Origin: Spirogloea muscicola
Taxonomy: Eukaryota
Length of the DNA: 52,873 nt
Assembly: GCA_009602725.1 (NCBI GenBank)
Contig: WELB01000013.1
Span: forward strand, 1,223,959-1,276,831
Direction: 5' to 3'
Every line of letters begins with the position of its first letter. Positions within the stretch are counted from its first letter, which is position 1. The position numbers and the translations under genes are program-made. Of the stretch, positions 1 to 16,100 are shown piece by piece. The notes beneath the pieces were generated by a model, which had not been told where the DNA came from, ran no database searches, and was given only the letters and a program-made list of their open reading frames with translations.

Positions 1-1
1 C

Positions 2-3003
<3,002 letters not shown>

Positions 3004-3171
3004 GAGAGATTCCATCAGGTTTTGCCACTGATTGACAACCTTGCAAGCTGCCTTTGAGTTGAGTCATGCTCATGCGTGCAGATTATTAGCAAGCAGTGAA
3101 CAGTCAGGCAGGCTGCATGGAGGAAGCTGACGTTTTTGTCAAGCTGCTGATTGTGCTCCCTCTTGCATCGG

Positions 3172-3203
3172 TGCAATTTGCAATTTGCAATTTGCAATTT
3201 GCA
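3172..3203. repeat. (TGCAATT)x4.5 tandem repeat downstream of the kinase
   Basis: tgcaatttgcaatttgcaatttgcaatttgca read directly. Confidence 0.9.
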
Positions 3204-3700
3204 CCGATTTATTTCTGTGCAGGTCACATGCATTTTCTTGACTGCTTAGAGGGCGTTCAATTCGTACATGTACAGCAGGGAAGCAGCACCAGCTCTTTGT
3301 ACCACGGGTAGCGTTTCCATGGACAGTCCACACTTCGTTTGTATTATGGAGTCAGGCAAGCAGGGCAACGCTCGGTTTTTGTGCTTCGCAGCCTTTTCCG
3401 CTAAGCAATAGCAGGAGCCACTGATGCAAGGCATTAGTGTCTCAGATTAATTGTCAGTGCGGGACAACTACAGGATGAAGGTAACAAACACTTTTGCTAG
3501 TTGCAGGTGGACTTGCCTACTTGCCTACACGACAGCACCCCACTTGTCTGAGGCTCGGAAGTTGGACGCTGTACTAGAGCTTGCGCAGCTGTGAGGCATT
3601 GGGGCAAAGCGGAGTACACTGCCGGCTCCTTGTGGACTGGCAGACTCGTGAGCAGCAGCTTTGCCAAAGCAAGAGAAGAAGTCGTGGAGAGGCCTGCCAG

Positions 3701-4497
3701 CTATTGCAGCTGGCCACCGTACACGCCTCCGCGGATGCGTCGAGCGAGCTGCATATCCTTCGGCACTGTCAAGCGCAAAGCCGCGGCAAGGGGGCAAGGA
3801 AAGGCATAAGGTCCATGGCTTCCTTGGCTAGCGACCTTGCCTATTGTGGAAAGGGCTTAGAGGCGACGTGGTGGGCTGAAGCAGGACACCATGGTCGCAG
3901 CAATAAAGCTGCAGCTCTTGTGAAAGGCATCTGCCTTGGTCGATGCATGGGGGCGCCATGGTGCTCACTGATCGTGACGCGCTTGGCATGTATGGCGCAC
4001 AGATTGCAGTCCTCGAACAGGTGTATCATGTAGTCCTCCAGCGCCTGCCCGCGCACACGCCGCACAATGGTCGTCGGCCAGCGCAGCATTGCCTGTGGCG
4101 CCCATGGCCGGGCCGGCGGAGCCACGTCAAGAAGCGCATCTTGGCGGCGCGGCGGCGGCGGCGGCGTTCACCTCCTGCAGGGCCAGCAGCGCCTCGGCGG
4201 TCCACCGGAAGGGTACGCTGGTGAGCTCCGTGCCGATCTCTCGGACCTGCGGCAGCGGTGGCAAGGCCGGGCAAGGCACTGAAAGGCTGCCCGGCGGCGA
4301 GCCTCCGCGCGCGCCGCCGGGGATCGCGGCGGACCAGGCGGGCGAAGGGCAGCTTGGGGACGAGCAGGTCCGTGGAGCGCTGGAAGCGCCGGATCTCGCG
4401 CAGCGCTACGGTGCCGGGGCGGTACCGCCGCTTCCGCCGGTCCTCGCCCTCGCCACCCTCCCCGCTGCCGCCGCCGGCGGCGGCGGCGGCGGGCCCC
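3701..4497 (-). CDS. CENH3: Centromeric histone H3 variant; start codon probably in the N gap
   Basis: Exons 4497-4335, 4246-4172, 4044-3969 and 3765-3701 give [109 protein letters not shown]3 hallmarks present: PFARL rather than PFQRL, RWT rather than RFQ, longer loop 1, divergent N-tail, introns. Confidence 0.9.
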
Positions 4498-4565
4498 NNN
4501 NNNNNNNNNNNNNNNNNNNNNNNNNNNNNNNNNNNNNNNNNNNNNNNNNNNNNNNNNNNNNNNNN
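4498..4565. other. Assembly gap
   Basis: Run of N. Confidence 1.
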
Positions 4566-4595
4566 CGGCGCCGCGCCGGCAGCGCCGCGCGGCGC

Positions 4596-4727
4596 GGCGG
4601 GAGAGCCGGCGGGAGAGGCGCGCGCGGCGCCTTGGCAGGAGCTGGTCAGGCCGCCGTTACGCCAGCCCTCGCCGTCAAGCCCCAGACGACACACCGTGAA
4701 GGGGTCAGGTGGATATTTCTAACGGTC
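4596..4727 (-). promoter_or_regulatory. Putative CENH3 promoter with MSA-like and E2F-like motifs
   Basis: TCTAACGGTC at 4718-4727, AACGG core on the minus strand at 4654-4658, GGCGGGAGA at 4596-4604 and 4608-4616. Confidence 0.45.
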
Positions 4728-4796
4728 TTCTCTTTCTTACACAGCCACAGCCCCTAGGTAGCGCTTCGTCTACCTTCCGGCTCTTCCCGCATCCCA

Positions 4797-5466
4797 GCTT
4801 GTCCATCCCTTGGGTGTGGCCTTCAACAGCCATCACTTCTTCTCGAACGCTTCGCTTTCTTCCTAGTCGATACAACTTGCAGCCTTTGACCAGGGGTGGT
4901 GAGCAGTCATTTCTTAACAGTCGCTTGCTTTGTTACGTGGTTTGCACTTTCCGGCCCTTCCAACATCGTTCAATCATATTTGGACTGGCCTTCTACAGCC
5001 GTTGCCCCATTAAGAAGTGCTTCTTCTTTTGGGGCCAATTCTAGCCATCAGGCCTTTCATTCTCCAGCGATCCGTGGCCCACGCCTTGCACCTGCGTGCT
5101 GGCTGTGCTCTCGCTGCAGCCTCTGGCTTTTGTCAAGGGATTGCTTTCCGGCTGCTAGTCTCCGGGACTTGCGGCTCCTCACTCATGGTTATTGAGTGGT
5201 TCAACCTACCCATCCATCCATCCTACCCCAGTTCTGAGCCAACGCTTTTGGTCCCTTCGAACCTTGTCAATTCCATTTGGGCTGGCTTATTACAGCCCTT
5301 GTCCCCTTTGGGAGCCACTTCTCTCTCTGTCATTCGTGGCGGTTGGTCACTGAAAGCCCCTGCCGCCCTTTGAAGAGTTTCTTCGTTGTAGTATCAAACT
5401 CTATGGGCACTTACTAAGAGGAGATGGCGGCTGTTGAAGGCCAGCCCAAAGCTTGGAACAGGTCTA
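4797..5466. mobile_element. Cluster 1 of CRE-like non-LTR retrotransposon 3' ends
   Basis: 5059-5195 encodes ILQRSVAHALHLRAG...FPAASLRDLRLLTHGY* and is highly similar to 42372-42510. 3'-UTR stem-loop motifs occur at about 4811, 4981 and 5279 (+) and 5429 (-). Confidence 0.65.
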
Positions 5467-5949
5467 TGAGCAAGCTGAGGCTATTGTGATTTAGGCCTAC
5501 CCAAGATCTCTTGATATGCAATTGCGTGACCCCATGGTTGATATCCGATAATTCGAAGCTTTGAGAGGCTGAAGGACAGTGTTCCAGAGCTCGACGGGCG
5601 TGAGATCTTGGCCCCGATGTGCTTCATTGGCGCTTGCCCTCCTCGTGGAAGGAGCTGGCGAAAATTATCATTGCCATGACCAACCCGAAGCCAAGCGAAG
5701 CACATTACCTGGCTGTTCGCAGCTCCATCACGACATCCGCTTGCGCTGTCAAGGATGAGATGACGCTTGATGCAACCTCGTCGCTTTCAATAACGATGTT
5801 GTGGACAATGCGTCCGCACAGTGCTCCGACCTCAAGGTGCACGACATTAGCCGAGGTTGCCCGTTGTAGCCCAAATCTCGGATCTGCAGCTTAGTCATGA
5901 AGACCACATGTCCGTAGTGTCGGGGCATTACAAGCAGCTCCAATGCTGG

Positions 5950-6950
5950 CCAGGTCTAGCCGAAGCTGCATGCAAGCATCTCACTGCATTGCTGGAAGTA
6001 AGTCAACTGATGACAAGTAGATCCGTGATTAAGGTAACAACTGCAAGGTCCGCAGATCACCAAGATCAAGCATGAGAAGGTATGGCCAAGGACAGAAGAA
6101 CAAACCCCCCTGTATGGTAAGTCCAAGAATAGAGATGTATGGTAAGTCCAAGAATAGAAATAGGCTTCGACAACCAACAAGTGCCTCTGAGCCAAAGAAT
6201 TTGCTCCGCTTTTCTTCCAGATCATCAACATTGCTAGTGGCACGGATGTTTTCTGGCCTGAATGCTCGCCCAATCTTTGTCAGGCAGTTTAGCTCAGCAG
6301 GGCTCAATTTGGGCCTACTCGTAGGTCACCTTATGCACATATGCGGGTTTACCTCAAGGTCTTCCACTGTGGTCAATCATTTACATTTTCTACATCTGTC
6401 TCGGGCTGACCATCAGCCATCTCTCGTTCCCAACAGCAACCGTCTTTGGCTGATCCCGTCATACTTTGGTCCAATGTGCATCTGGACGGACTGGAGTCAG
6501 CTCACCAGATGCAAACTCTAGTTTGTTCTCCAATACACGGGCTGGCCATTCCAGACACCTATCCAAAAACGAGCACGTTCTATAGATGTGCTTCCCTTCA
6601 CAAGGGTCGCCTCCAGTCACCAGCTTCGCACCAGCTCCCTTGCTGTCCCACACCGCAACTTGGGCTGCACCAGTCAACGCCTTGGGCAAACGAAGCACTT
6701 CATGCTCAACTACCTGACGAGGTATTCTTGTCTCCTCCAAGCATTCATCAACTCTGCAACACTCTTTCCCACTCCTTTCAGATCACATAATGTCACCATA
6801 ACACTCTTCTGCAAGTACCTGAATTCCACCCAATAATCTGCATCCGAGCAGTGCTTGTTGAGCTTCAAGTGACCCTGTGCATGCTGTGGCCGCCCGCCTT
6901 GATTGATATGTTTACTTTCAGTGTTGTAAGCCACACCACCAATCATTGAT
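5950..6950 (-). mobile_element. Decayed L1/Tx1-like LINE, 3' part (zf-RVT region)
   Basis: Minus-strand HWTKV* followed by RCRKCK*LTTVEDLEVNPHMCIR*P resembles the WxxxW ... CxxC..E...H....CP motif; many stops; boundaries approximate. Confidence 0.4.
6111..6160. repeat. 25-bp tandem duplication
   Basis: tgtatggtaagtccaagaatagaga / tgtatggtaagtccaagaatagaaa. Confidence 0.9.
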
Positions 6951-7926
6951 TGCTAAAGCACTGTACCATGTGAAGGTGGGCAAGTGAACATTGCACGTGC
7001 CCTGCTGCAAATCTGGCTGGCTAGCCTCTTTACATAGTGCGTTGCATTAAATACAATTGCTCTCTGCAGCTCCGAGTATAACTAGGTGATCAAGCACTCC
7101 AGGGCAAATGCTACTGAGGATGTAGTTGCCGACAGTGGCAAGAATCATACTGTTGTTATAGGAAGAGAGCCACATGGACGAGAGGAGAGCAACTAATATC
7201 CTATAGGAAGAATAGGGGCTGGGCAGGTGCGCCATAAAGCCCTAGAATCCATTTGTACACCTCAGAGTAAATAGCAGATGTGCTTCAAGACTAGAGGGCC
7301 TGTGGAAATGAACCGCCATGTAATGTAGCTGGCACAAGCTTGGCCAGAGGCTGTGCACTCGTGGCCAACCCCAAGCTTAGTCTACCATAACTGCAGGAAA
7401 AAATTGGGCAAGACTACAAGTACCCCTCAATTACAGCAGCCTTACACTAGTCTAATACCGATGGGATGCACTAACAGCATCACCAACTAAACCTGGTGCT
7501 TTGGTGGTTGACAGCCCGGGCTGACTCCAAGGCCTGTCTCGGCGCGGACATCTCATACAACAGGTCAATGACCCTCCTCTGGCTCAACCCCACTGACATA
7601 GAGCAGCTTGTGCATCCTTTCGAGTCACTGAGCCACATCTCATGTGAGGGAGACTGGGCAAGGGCAGTCACGAAGGCAAACAAAACCAATTGTACACCTG
7701 GTTGTGAACCTCAACATCAAGCAGCAGATCTACTGCATGACAACAGTCGTTAGATAGTACAGTAAAGTGGCCGCCGTTGAACATGTTGCGATTGCTGTGG
7801 TGCAAGAAGCGTGTCGCTTTGTACAGCTCCATAAGAGGGGCCACAAGTGGAATCCCGCTGCGACCCTGGCAACGATGTGAACATCTCGAAGCAAGGTGGA
7901 AGGCCAACTGATCAAAACACCGTGTG

Positions 7927-10900
7927 TCAGAATGACCTCATTATTCCACGAGGCCCTGAAGTCGCTGGGATGCCTGGTGCATCTGATGAAGACGGCTGGC
8001 GAACATTGCCCATAGCCACAGTTCGCTGTGTGATCTCGAGCAATGAGGCCCGCTGCAGAGCGACCATGCAAATCCAGAACTATCTAAGTGCATGACAGTC
8101 AGCCATTAATTTACAACAGCAAATGCCAGAGTTTTTAGTCAACCAGAAGATGGCAAATAGAGGGGAGGTGCCTGGACCTCCGCCTAAGATTGCCAGCATA
8201 TTTGCACATGACGTGCAATCCTAATATCATGATTTGACAGGCCCTTAGGATGGTGCCAAGAAAACCACTTTCTGGGCAATGCTTGCATGAATATCGCATG
8301 GTAGTGACCATACCTGCTGCTCATTGGTATGTGGCAGGCTTGATCGAATCAGCTCCAGTGGCACACTTTTATTGTCAAGACCCCCTACAGGGAGCAGAAG
8401 AAATATTGAGCTTTGATGGCGCCCGACCCTGTCTTGCAAAGAAGCTGGCAGCCATCATCCTGTTTCATTTGTGGCAAGCCCAGAATGAGCAGAATTTTTA
8501 CCTTGATTGAAAGCATCAGCTGTCAGCAAATGACTGCAGAGCAGCTGAAAGAACGCATCAAAGGAAGCCTGTTTCATATCAAAGAAAGCAAGTCAGAGGG
8601 CACACAAGTTGTTGTGTGAAGCTTATGAGCACATGCTGCACAATGATGCATACTCCACAAAGAGGCATACGCCAACATAGAGCAGAACACAGAAGCTTTG
8701 CCTCAAGAACACTAAAGCCTGAACGCTACCTGCCACATCGAGCGATGGGCCCCTGTGGTTCTATAAGCACTGGCAGCAGAGCGATCAGTCAAAATAGCAG
8801 TTGCACGCTCTAATAATGTCCTAAGGATGAGCGTGGCCCCATCGCCTGGTAGATCCTGTAAATGAGGCTGCTCGGGGGCAATAACAACTGCTGCAAGGCA
8901 GGCACTCAAGGCTGATAAATCAAGCCTGCATAGGAGAAAGTACAAGTGGATGATCAGAAAGGCCGTTAAGCCCGTCCATGTCACTCAATTGTCATGTATT
9001 CTGCTGCCGAGAAGAATGACTGCTGACAAACAAGAGCCAAGTAACTAGAAGACATGCTCGCTAGTCCACACAACCAGGCCCTCATTGCCTCCATCGTGCT
9101 GCACACATACGTTGATAAGGCTGTAGCTACAGCATTGGCTAGATTGGCGCTTGTGGACGTTCGGCTTGGGTCATTCTGAGGGCCCCCAAAGAGGAAGCGC
9201 AGGTGCCGAAGGACGGCCATAATGACAACTCTAAGTAGATTGCTGCCTGGCGGCAGCAACTGCAGGTAACGAGCGACCAGCTTGCGGCCTTTGGGCAAGG
9301 AGACCAATCTGAGGAAGACTGGGTCATCCTTAAAGCCTCCTGGATTGCCCCTGTGATGGAATGCTTACATGCGCATATCAGCAGTCAACACACCTTAATT
9401 AATACTTGCAGTAAGATATGGTCTCCTTGCCACGGGCAAAAGGCCGGTGGCACACTGCTCTGAAAGGCCGTGTTATCCATTGGCTGTAGTGTGGCTCAGC
9501 TCCGACCTTGATATGATAGAGGTGTGCAGACTCACCCGATACTCATTAACGGGTCGTGGAGTTGGAGAGATGTAGCTAGACCTTCCAGGAGAAGCTGCCG
9601 TCGTCGCCTCAGCTGATTGTTTGCTTCCAGATATTGCCCCTGTCAAGTCAAGCTTGTGTACAACTTTCTCAAAAATTACACATGCTCTTGTGCACTCAGA
9701 GACCATGTCATGCAGTCTTTTGCAATGTGACGTAGTAAGGCTCAGAAGCTTCACCTGAGCTTGTGAATGAGATAGAAGACGATCAATGTCGTCGACATCA
9801 AGTAGCAGTGACATCCCATCCTCGATTGCAATTCGTGCTGCTAACATAGGCTCCTGAACATTGGGAAACTGAGTTCTGTTACTTGCAGAGTGGGATGGCA
9901 GCCTGCTTGGTCCAGACGATGTGACACGACATTGTGACCGACTGTGACATCAAGAATCACAAAAGGCACAGGTCCTCAAAAAGGAGACCCCAGCCTTGAG
10001 GACAAGCAAACCGACACAAAAATGACACTCAGCAGCAGCCATGCTGACGAGTTAATGCCGGCTGCAGTGCAACACAAGAAGCTCAGAAGAAAATGCAATC
10101 AACTCAAGAACTGCAAGCGATCTCTGTATAAGCGCGGCTCCGCTTCCCCAGTATTGAAACGCTACCTGCTCCAGTGGCCTCTGCCATGATGGGTCATGGA
10201 CACCCAATCCTTGATCAACCTCCAGTAACGGCCGAGGGCGCCTGATAGAGGAGAAGGGTACTCGTCCCAGACCTTCTACCTGCTTCACGAGAAGAGTGAG
10301 GATGACAAACGACAGGACAACAGGCTCATCTTTCCATAGCATCTGTGGAAGCACGAGGCAGGTGCTTTTATCATGACCTTGGGGTCAGACGCTTAGACAT
10401 GTCACTGACTACGGGAGTAAGTCGCAGCACGACAAGCATACTGCACGTTGTCACAAAGGATGAGATCTCATGCCGGCTAGGGGCATACCTGCAAGTAAGC
10501 GTGAGGCTCTGCCTGAGGACGGGTGTGGGATGCATAGTCCCGGAGCTGTGAGGGAGCAAAATGGCGGCGACCATGCTGTGTGCCCATTGGCTGCTTTGCC
10601 TGGACATAAGTAAGCCAATACTGCGTAAGCAAGAATATTGCAGCAATACAGACTCTGCATACTTAATCTGGAAGCCCCGGCTCTTATCCTATAATGCTCA
10701 ACTGCTACAAACAACCAGTCTGCAGCTATCAATGCATTGAAAGAGACGGTGGAAAGTGGACTTTGCAATAGAAGACCATGTCACCAACGACAGACCATTG
10801 GGCATCACTAACTGTGACACGTGACAGTGTTCCTGGACAAGAGGGCTTAGTTTAGCACACCTGGGCAGCCTGATGATAGTAGTCATCCACATAAGGGTCA

Positions 10901-12232
10901 GTGGCATGTGTAGCAGCCCACTGCATCCTCAGGATGTTGTCTACCTCATCTGCTGTCATGTACTCCGACCTCATCTGTGGGTGGCCATGGCCTTGAGAAT
11001 TCCGCGCATGTAGCTGCTGGCCATATGTTCGGTGGTTATACAGGTCATCCCTGTACTCCGTCTCCACCTTGTGTCCAGGAGATTGATGTCCACCTGACAT
11101 GAAACAGTAGCGGCCTAAAGCCTAAGGAACTGACATTATAGCAAAAGCCTGCTCTGCACAGTTTGTCATAGAGGAGAACAGAGACAAGCTGAGACCAACA
11201 TGTCGAGTTGCTTAAACCATACCTTGCTGGCCATATAGGGGCTGAGAAGCTGGATGCCTGGCCATCGGTGCATAACCCTCCGCATGAAGGGGATATCGTT
11301 GTGACTGCTGGAAAGGCGAGTTTGACACATAGCCCGGAGGGATGCGGGGCTGTTGAGATTGTTGCAATGGTGGCAAGGCAGTCAGGTAGGAGGCCTCCGG
11401 AGAAGCACGGGGCAGAACTTGGTGTTGCTGCGGTACTTGGAAACCAGGGCCATAGGGATCTGTGTGCACGAAGCTTGTCTGCGGCGAACGTGGAGGCGTT
11501 GCTGGCCTGAGCGCTTCAGTGTACGAGACAGAGGGCTGTTCTTGCTGGAATGGTGGCCCAGACTTGTGCTGATCATTCGCTTCAGTAGGAGACGGATGTT
11601 GCAGGAGTTCGCCATTGCTGTAGCGTACGCCATCACAGCGTGCAGTCGGTGTGAGCCGAATGTCTTAGGGTTTGCATTCTCATTGTTCCGAACAGGAGCA
11701 GCCAGGAACTGAGCAGAATTGAGGCTTGAAGCTAAGGCCTTGCCGCAAAGATGAGATGTAAGCAGCGACCCTCAAGGAGAGGACACAGCCTGCTGAATCA
11801 AAACATCGGTTTATAAATATATAAAGGTGTTTCAAGAGCCAAAGCTCACCTCAGGTTGCCCTCGAGGCTATCATCGACACCAGGTCCCTCATCCTCAAGT
11901 AGCAGACCATCAAGTTCCTCGTCCAGGCCGCCGAGTTCCACCTCCTGGCCAGCTTCGCCGCCGAAGAACGCGTACTACGAGCGCGGGAAAGAGTGACGGG
12001 AGGGTCAGTGGACAGCCCTCAGCGCTGAGATCTGTCAATCTGCCATACAGAGGGCAGGTTGGCAGCCGAGGCTTCACCTGTGCAGACGAGAATTGGACGG
12101 CGTCCGAGCCGTTCGTGGTCCCCCGCGGAGGCTCCTTCTCCCCAGGAGGCGCGTCGCCAGCGTCGTCGGTGTGCCGTGGCGTCCCGGCGTCGGCGGCGGC
12201 GGCGGCGTCGTCGGGCGCGGCCGGGGCAGCCG
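7927..12232 (-). CDS. PAT1: mRNA decapping activator PAT1 (topoisomerase II-associated protein PAT1 family); 5' end in gap
   Basis: Exon peptides YAFFGGEAGQEVELGGLDE, RSEYMTADEVDNILRMQWAATHATDPYVDDYYHQA, GLGRVPFSSIRRPRPLLEVD, MLAARIAIEDGMSLLLDVDDIDR, SLPKGRKLVARYL...MAVLRHLRFLFGG, LSACLAAVV, PLELIRSSLPHTNEQQ|RASLLEITQR; stop at 7927-7929. Confidence 0.9.
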
Positions 12233-12872
12233 NNNNNNNNNNNNNNNNNNNNNNNNNNNNNNNNNNNNNNNNNNNNNNNNNNNNNNNNNNNNNNNNNNNN
12301 NNNNNNNNNNNNNNNNNNNNNNNNNNNNNNNNNNNNNNNNNNNNNNNNNNNNNNNNNNNNNNNNNNNNNNNNNNNNNNNNNNNNNNNNNNNNNNNNNNNN
12401 NNNNNNNNNNNNNNNNNNNNNNNNNNNNNNNNNNNNNNNNNNNNNNNNNNNNNNNNNNNNNNNNNNNNNNNNNNNNNNNNNNNNNNNNNNNNNNNNNNNN
12501 NNNNNNNNNNNNNNNNNNNNNNNNNNNNNNNNNNNNNNNNNNNNNNNNNNNNNNNNNNNNNNNNNNNNNNNNNNNNNNNNNNNNNNNNNNNNNNNNNNNN
12601 NNNNNNNNNNNNNNNNNNNNNNNNNNNNNNNNNNNNNNNNNNNNNNNNNNNNNNNNNNNNNNNNNNNNNNNNNNNNNNNNNNNNNNNNNNNNNNNNNNNN
12701 NNNNNNNNNNNNNNNNNNNNNNNNNNNNNNNNNNNNNNNNNNNNNNNNNNNNNNNNNNNNNNNNNNNNNNNNNNNNNNNNNNNNNNNNNNNNNNNNNNNN
12801 NNNNNNNNNNNNNNNNNNNNNNNNNNNNNNNNNNNNNNNNNNNNNNNNNNNNNNNNNNNNNNNNNNNNNNNN
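12233..12872. other. Assembly gap covering the PAT1 start and part of the PAT1/CesA divergent promoter
   Basis: Run of N flanked by very GC-rich DNA. Confidence 1.
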
Positions 12873-13168
12873 CGCGGCGGCCGCCCGCGGCCATGCGACG
12901 GCTGCGCGGTAGCCGCTGCTGCTGCTGCCGCTGCCGCCGCGCCTCCCGCCGGAGCTGCACCAAGCTGCCGCTGGCGTCGGCGCCGCCTGCTCGCCAGCCC
13001 TACGAGGCCAGGCCGGCGGGCGAGAACACAGCCCTTGGCGCGGGCGCGAGCTTTCCTTGAGCTCTGTGCCTGAGGGACGCCCGCGGGCCCTCCGGCTCGG
13101 CGGCAGAGGCGGCTCGCCGCTGTGCTCGGCGGCTGGACTCGGTCTAGGGCTAGAGAAAATTGGGCAGC

Positions 13169-16100
13169 ATGGACGCTGGCGGGAGTCTCGGCGGCAGCAG
13201 TCACCTCCGGAGACAGCCAGTAGCTGCCGCCACCGCCGCCGCCTCCACCCGTGGGGTGAGCTGTGACGCCGCAGCGCAAGAGCAGCAACGGCAGAAGCAT
13301 TGTTGCCTGCCGCTGTGCGCCGGAATGTAGTGTCTTTGCGCCGTGCTGTGCTTGAACTTGGCCGTTCCGATCACTGACCAGGGTCGCGCCGGCGGGCGGC
13401 ACGGTGCCACGGAGCAGGGCCTGTGCAAGATCTGCGGGGACGAGATTGGGCCGACAGCCGATGGGCAGCAACTGTTTGCTGCGTGCAACACATGCGGCTA
13501 CCCGGTCTGCCGGCCCTGCTATGAGTACGAGCGCCGTGACGGCCAGCAGGCGTGCCCGCAGTGCAAGACCCGCTATGCATGGCATGAAGGTGAGGTGATG
13601 CCCCCTGGCGTGAGGGCTGACTTTCTCAGGTAGCCGGCCCATGAGGTCTCATCTGTGCACCACGGTTGGTCCTCCTCATGCACTCCTCACCGCTTGCAGG
13701 GAGTCCAAATGTGATGGGCGACTCGAGGGGCGCCTCTGCCAGCGCTGGGCTGGAGCTGCCCGTACCTGTCTCCGCGCAGGAGCTGCCCCAGGCCGGCGGC
13801 GTTAGGGGTAGCGGCCGCGGGGTGTCAGACACCTCGGGCCAGCAGGAGCCAGCGGATTCACACTATCAGCTCTACCGGGAGTACTTTCAGGAGAATCCAC
13901 TGCAACACCGGCAGCTTGACGAGAGAGTGAGTGCGGTCTGTATATGGGGGCGAGCCCTTGGACTGGACATTTCGTGCTGTGTTGCCGCGCCTGTTGTGTA
14001 AAGTGCAAGCAGTATCTGAGGCGTTCCCCTCATCTTGTTGGTGCAGCCGGATGGACAGCCATACGAGCAAAATGGCTTTGGCGGCACAAGGAGCCTGGCC
14101 ACGGAGAGTGGGCCGGCCCCTGCCAAGCGCGGCAGCTCCGCTGCTGTGCACCCCGTGGCTTTCCCACAGTCGCCGGAGCCGGAGTTTGCGGGCGCTGAGC
14201 AACTGACGGGCATCATTGGCCAGTCCCATGGTACAGTGTGGCCATGCTCCTGTCATTGCTGATCATTGCTCTGTGTGAGCATTATCAGCATCGTCGCGTG
14301 CCAGTCTGCCAGGGGCTCGTTCCTTTCAAAGTCTTAGTTTAAACAGCTGCTCGCTGGCCTGCGCTTCAGCTTAAGGTGGGTTGGTCGTGCGGTGCACAGG
14401 ATCGCCAGGCCGGGAACCACAGACAAATGAGGAGCGGGACCTGGCAAACTATGGGTATGGCGACATTGCCTGGAAGGACCGCATCGATTCATGGAAGCAG
14501 CGGCAGCAGAAAATGGGGGTGAGCACTGAGCGCCACTGTGGAGTTGGCCGTGTCTCTGGTCGACTGATGTTTAGGGCGCTCGCACTGCTGCCGCCCGTGC
14601 CTCCGACTCAAGCTGGCAGCAATCCTGCGGCCGGGTGGGGGCAGATGGCGATGACTGAGGGTAATAACCTTGACGATGGGAATGGGGGAAGTGACGATCC
14701 GGAGGACCCTGCCGGCGTTGGAAAGCCGCCCTCGTGAGTTCCGAATGCTTAACCTTTGATTCTTTCCTCCATCAGTGTAATCCTCTCCTTTTGTTGGCCA
14801 CGTAGTTCGATGCAGGCCAACTCCTTACGCTGTCGCATGCTCCATGGTGTGATGTCATCAGCAATTATTTTATTGCACAACAACCAGCTTGCATGTGTCA
14901 AACAAAGCAGAGGGGTTTGACCTGCTGAGACGAGCTGGCACTTTGCAGGGTGGATGAGGGGCGGCAGCCGTTGTCGCGCAAGGTGGACTTTCCATCGGCA
15001 CTCATCAACCCCTACCGTGTGTGCGTCGCGCTGCGCCTCGTCATCTTGGGGTTCTTCTTCCGGTACCGCCTCACCAATCCTGTGCACAACGCCTACGGCC
15101 TCTGGCTCACGGCTGTCATCTGCGAGCTCTGGTTCGCTTTTGCCTGGATTCTCGACCAGGCGCCCAAGTGGATGCCTGTGAATCGTGAGACGTACCTTGA
15201 CCGTCTACAGTTGAGGTGAGAGTGATATGCAATGTAGCAAGTAGGGAGGATAATTTGATCACGACTTTCCACTTCGTGCAAATTTCAGTTTTGGTCCTTT
15301 GCGATAAGCGTCCTGGTTGTCCTAGCGCGCTGATGTCAGCCCCGTGCTGTGCCACCAGGTACGAAAAGGACGGTGAGTCGCAGCTGGCACCCGTCGACAT
15401 CTTTGTCAGCACTGTGGACCCTCTCAAGGAGCCGCCGCTGGCGACGATGAACACCATACTCTCCATCCTGGCAATGGAGTACCCTGTCGATAGGCTCTCG
15501 GTCTATGTCAGGTAATCGGTGATACCCCACCCTCTGGCTGCACGATGCTGTTGCGGGGACCCGCAGCTTGAGCTTTACACCCTTGCACGCAGGCTTGCCG
15601 AGCTCGTCGTCAAACAGTGCTGACAGTAGAAGGTATTTTTGCGGCCCCTGCTCACAGCGACGACGGCGCCTCCATGCTCACGTTCGAGGCCCTGTCAGAA
15701 ACCTCAGAGTTTTCGCGCAAGTGGGTGCCTTTCTGCAAGAAGTACAATGTTGAGCCGCGCGCACCGGAGGTCTACTTTGTCCAAAAGCTTGACTACCTCA
15801 AGGACAAGGTGCAGCCAACGTTCGTCAAGGACCGGCGAGCAATCAAGGTAGTCACCACCTGCCAGGGTGGCCGGGAGGCTGAGCTCTTCCTTGCTCGCCT
15901 CACTGCTGTGAACTTATGTATCTCTGATGATGGGCATGGCTGTCGAGATGGAGGTGCTCAGACCTTGCGCCCAATCTTGGCGGCTCGCAGAGGGAGTATG
16001 AGGAGTGGAAGGTGAGGATCAACGCCATTGTGGCCAAGGCCGCCAAGGTCCCTGAGGAGGGGTGGACCATGCAGGATGGCACGCCCTGGCCGGGCAACAA

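Noticed and set aside
5619..5894. WKELAKIIIAMTNPKPSE resembles a kinase subdomain XI
   Set aside because: The match is too short and no other kinase motifs are nearby.
7480..7760. Possible gag-like fragment on the minus strand (LERMHKLLYVSGVEPEE)
   Set aside because: It is one weak motif with no LTR, PBS or pol remnants.
11827..13642. Long ORFs spanning N runs (also 4026-4757 and 47713-49063)
   Set aside because: These are artefacts of translating through gaps in GC-rich DNA.
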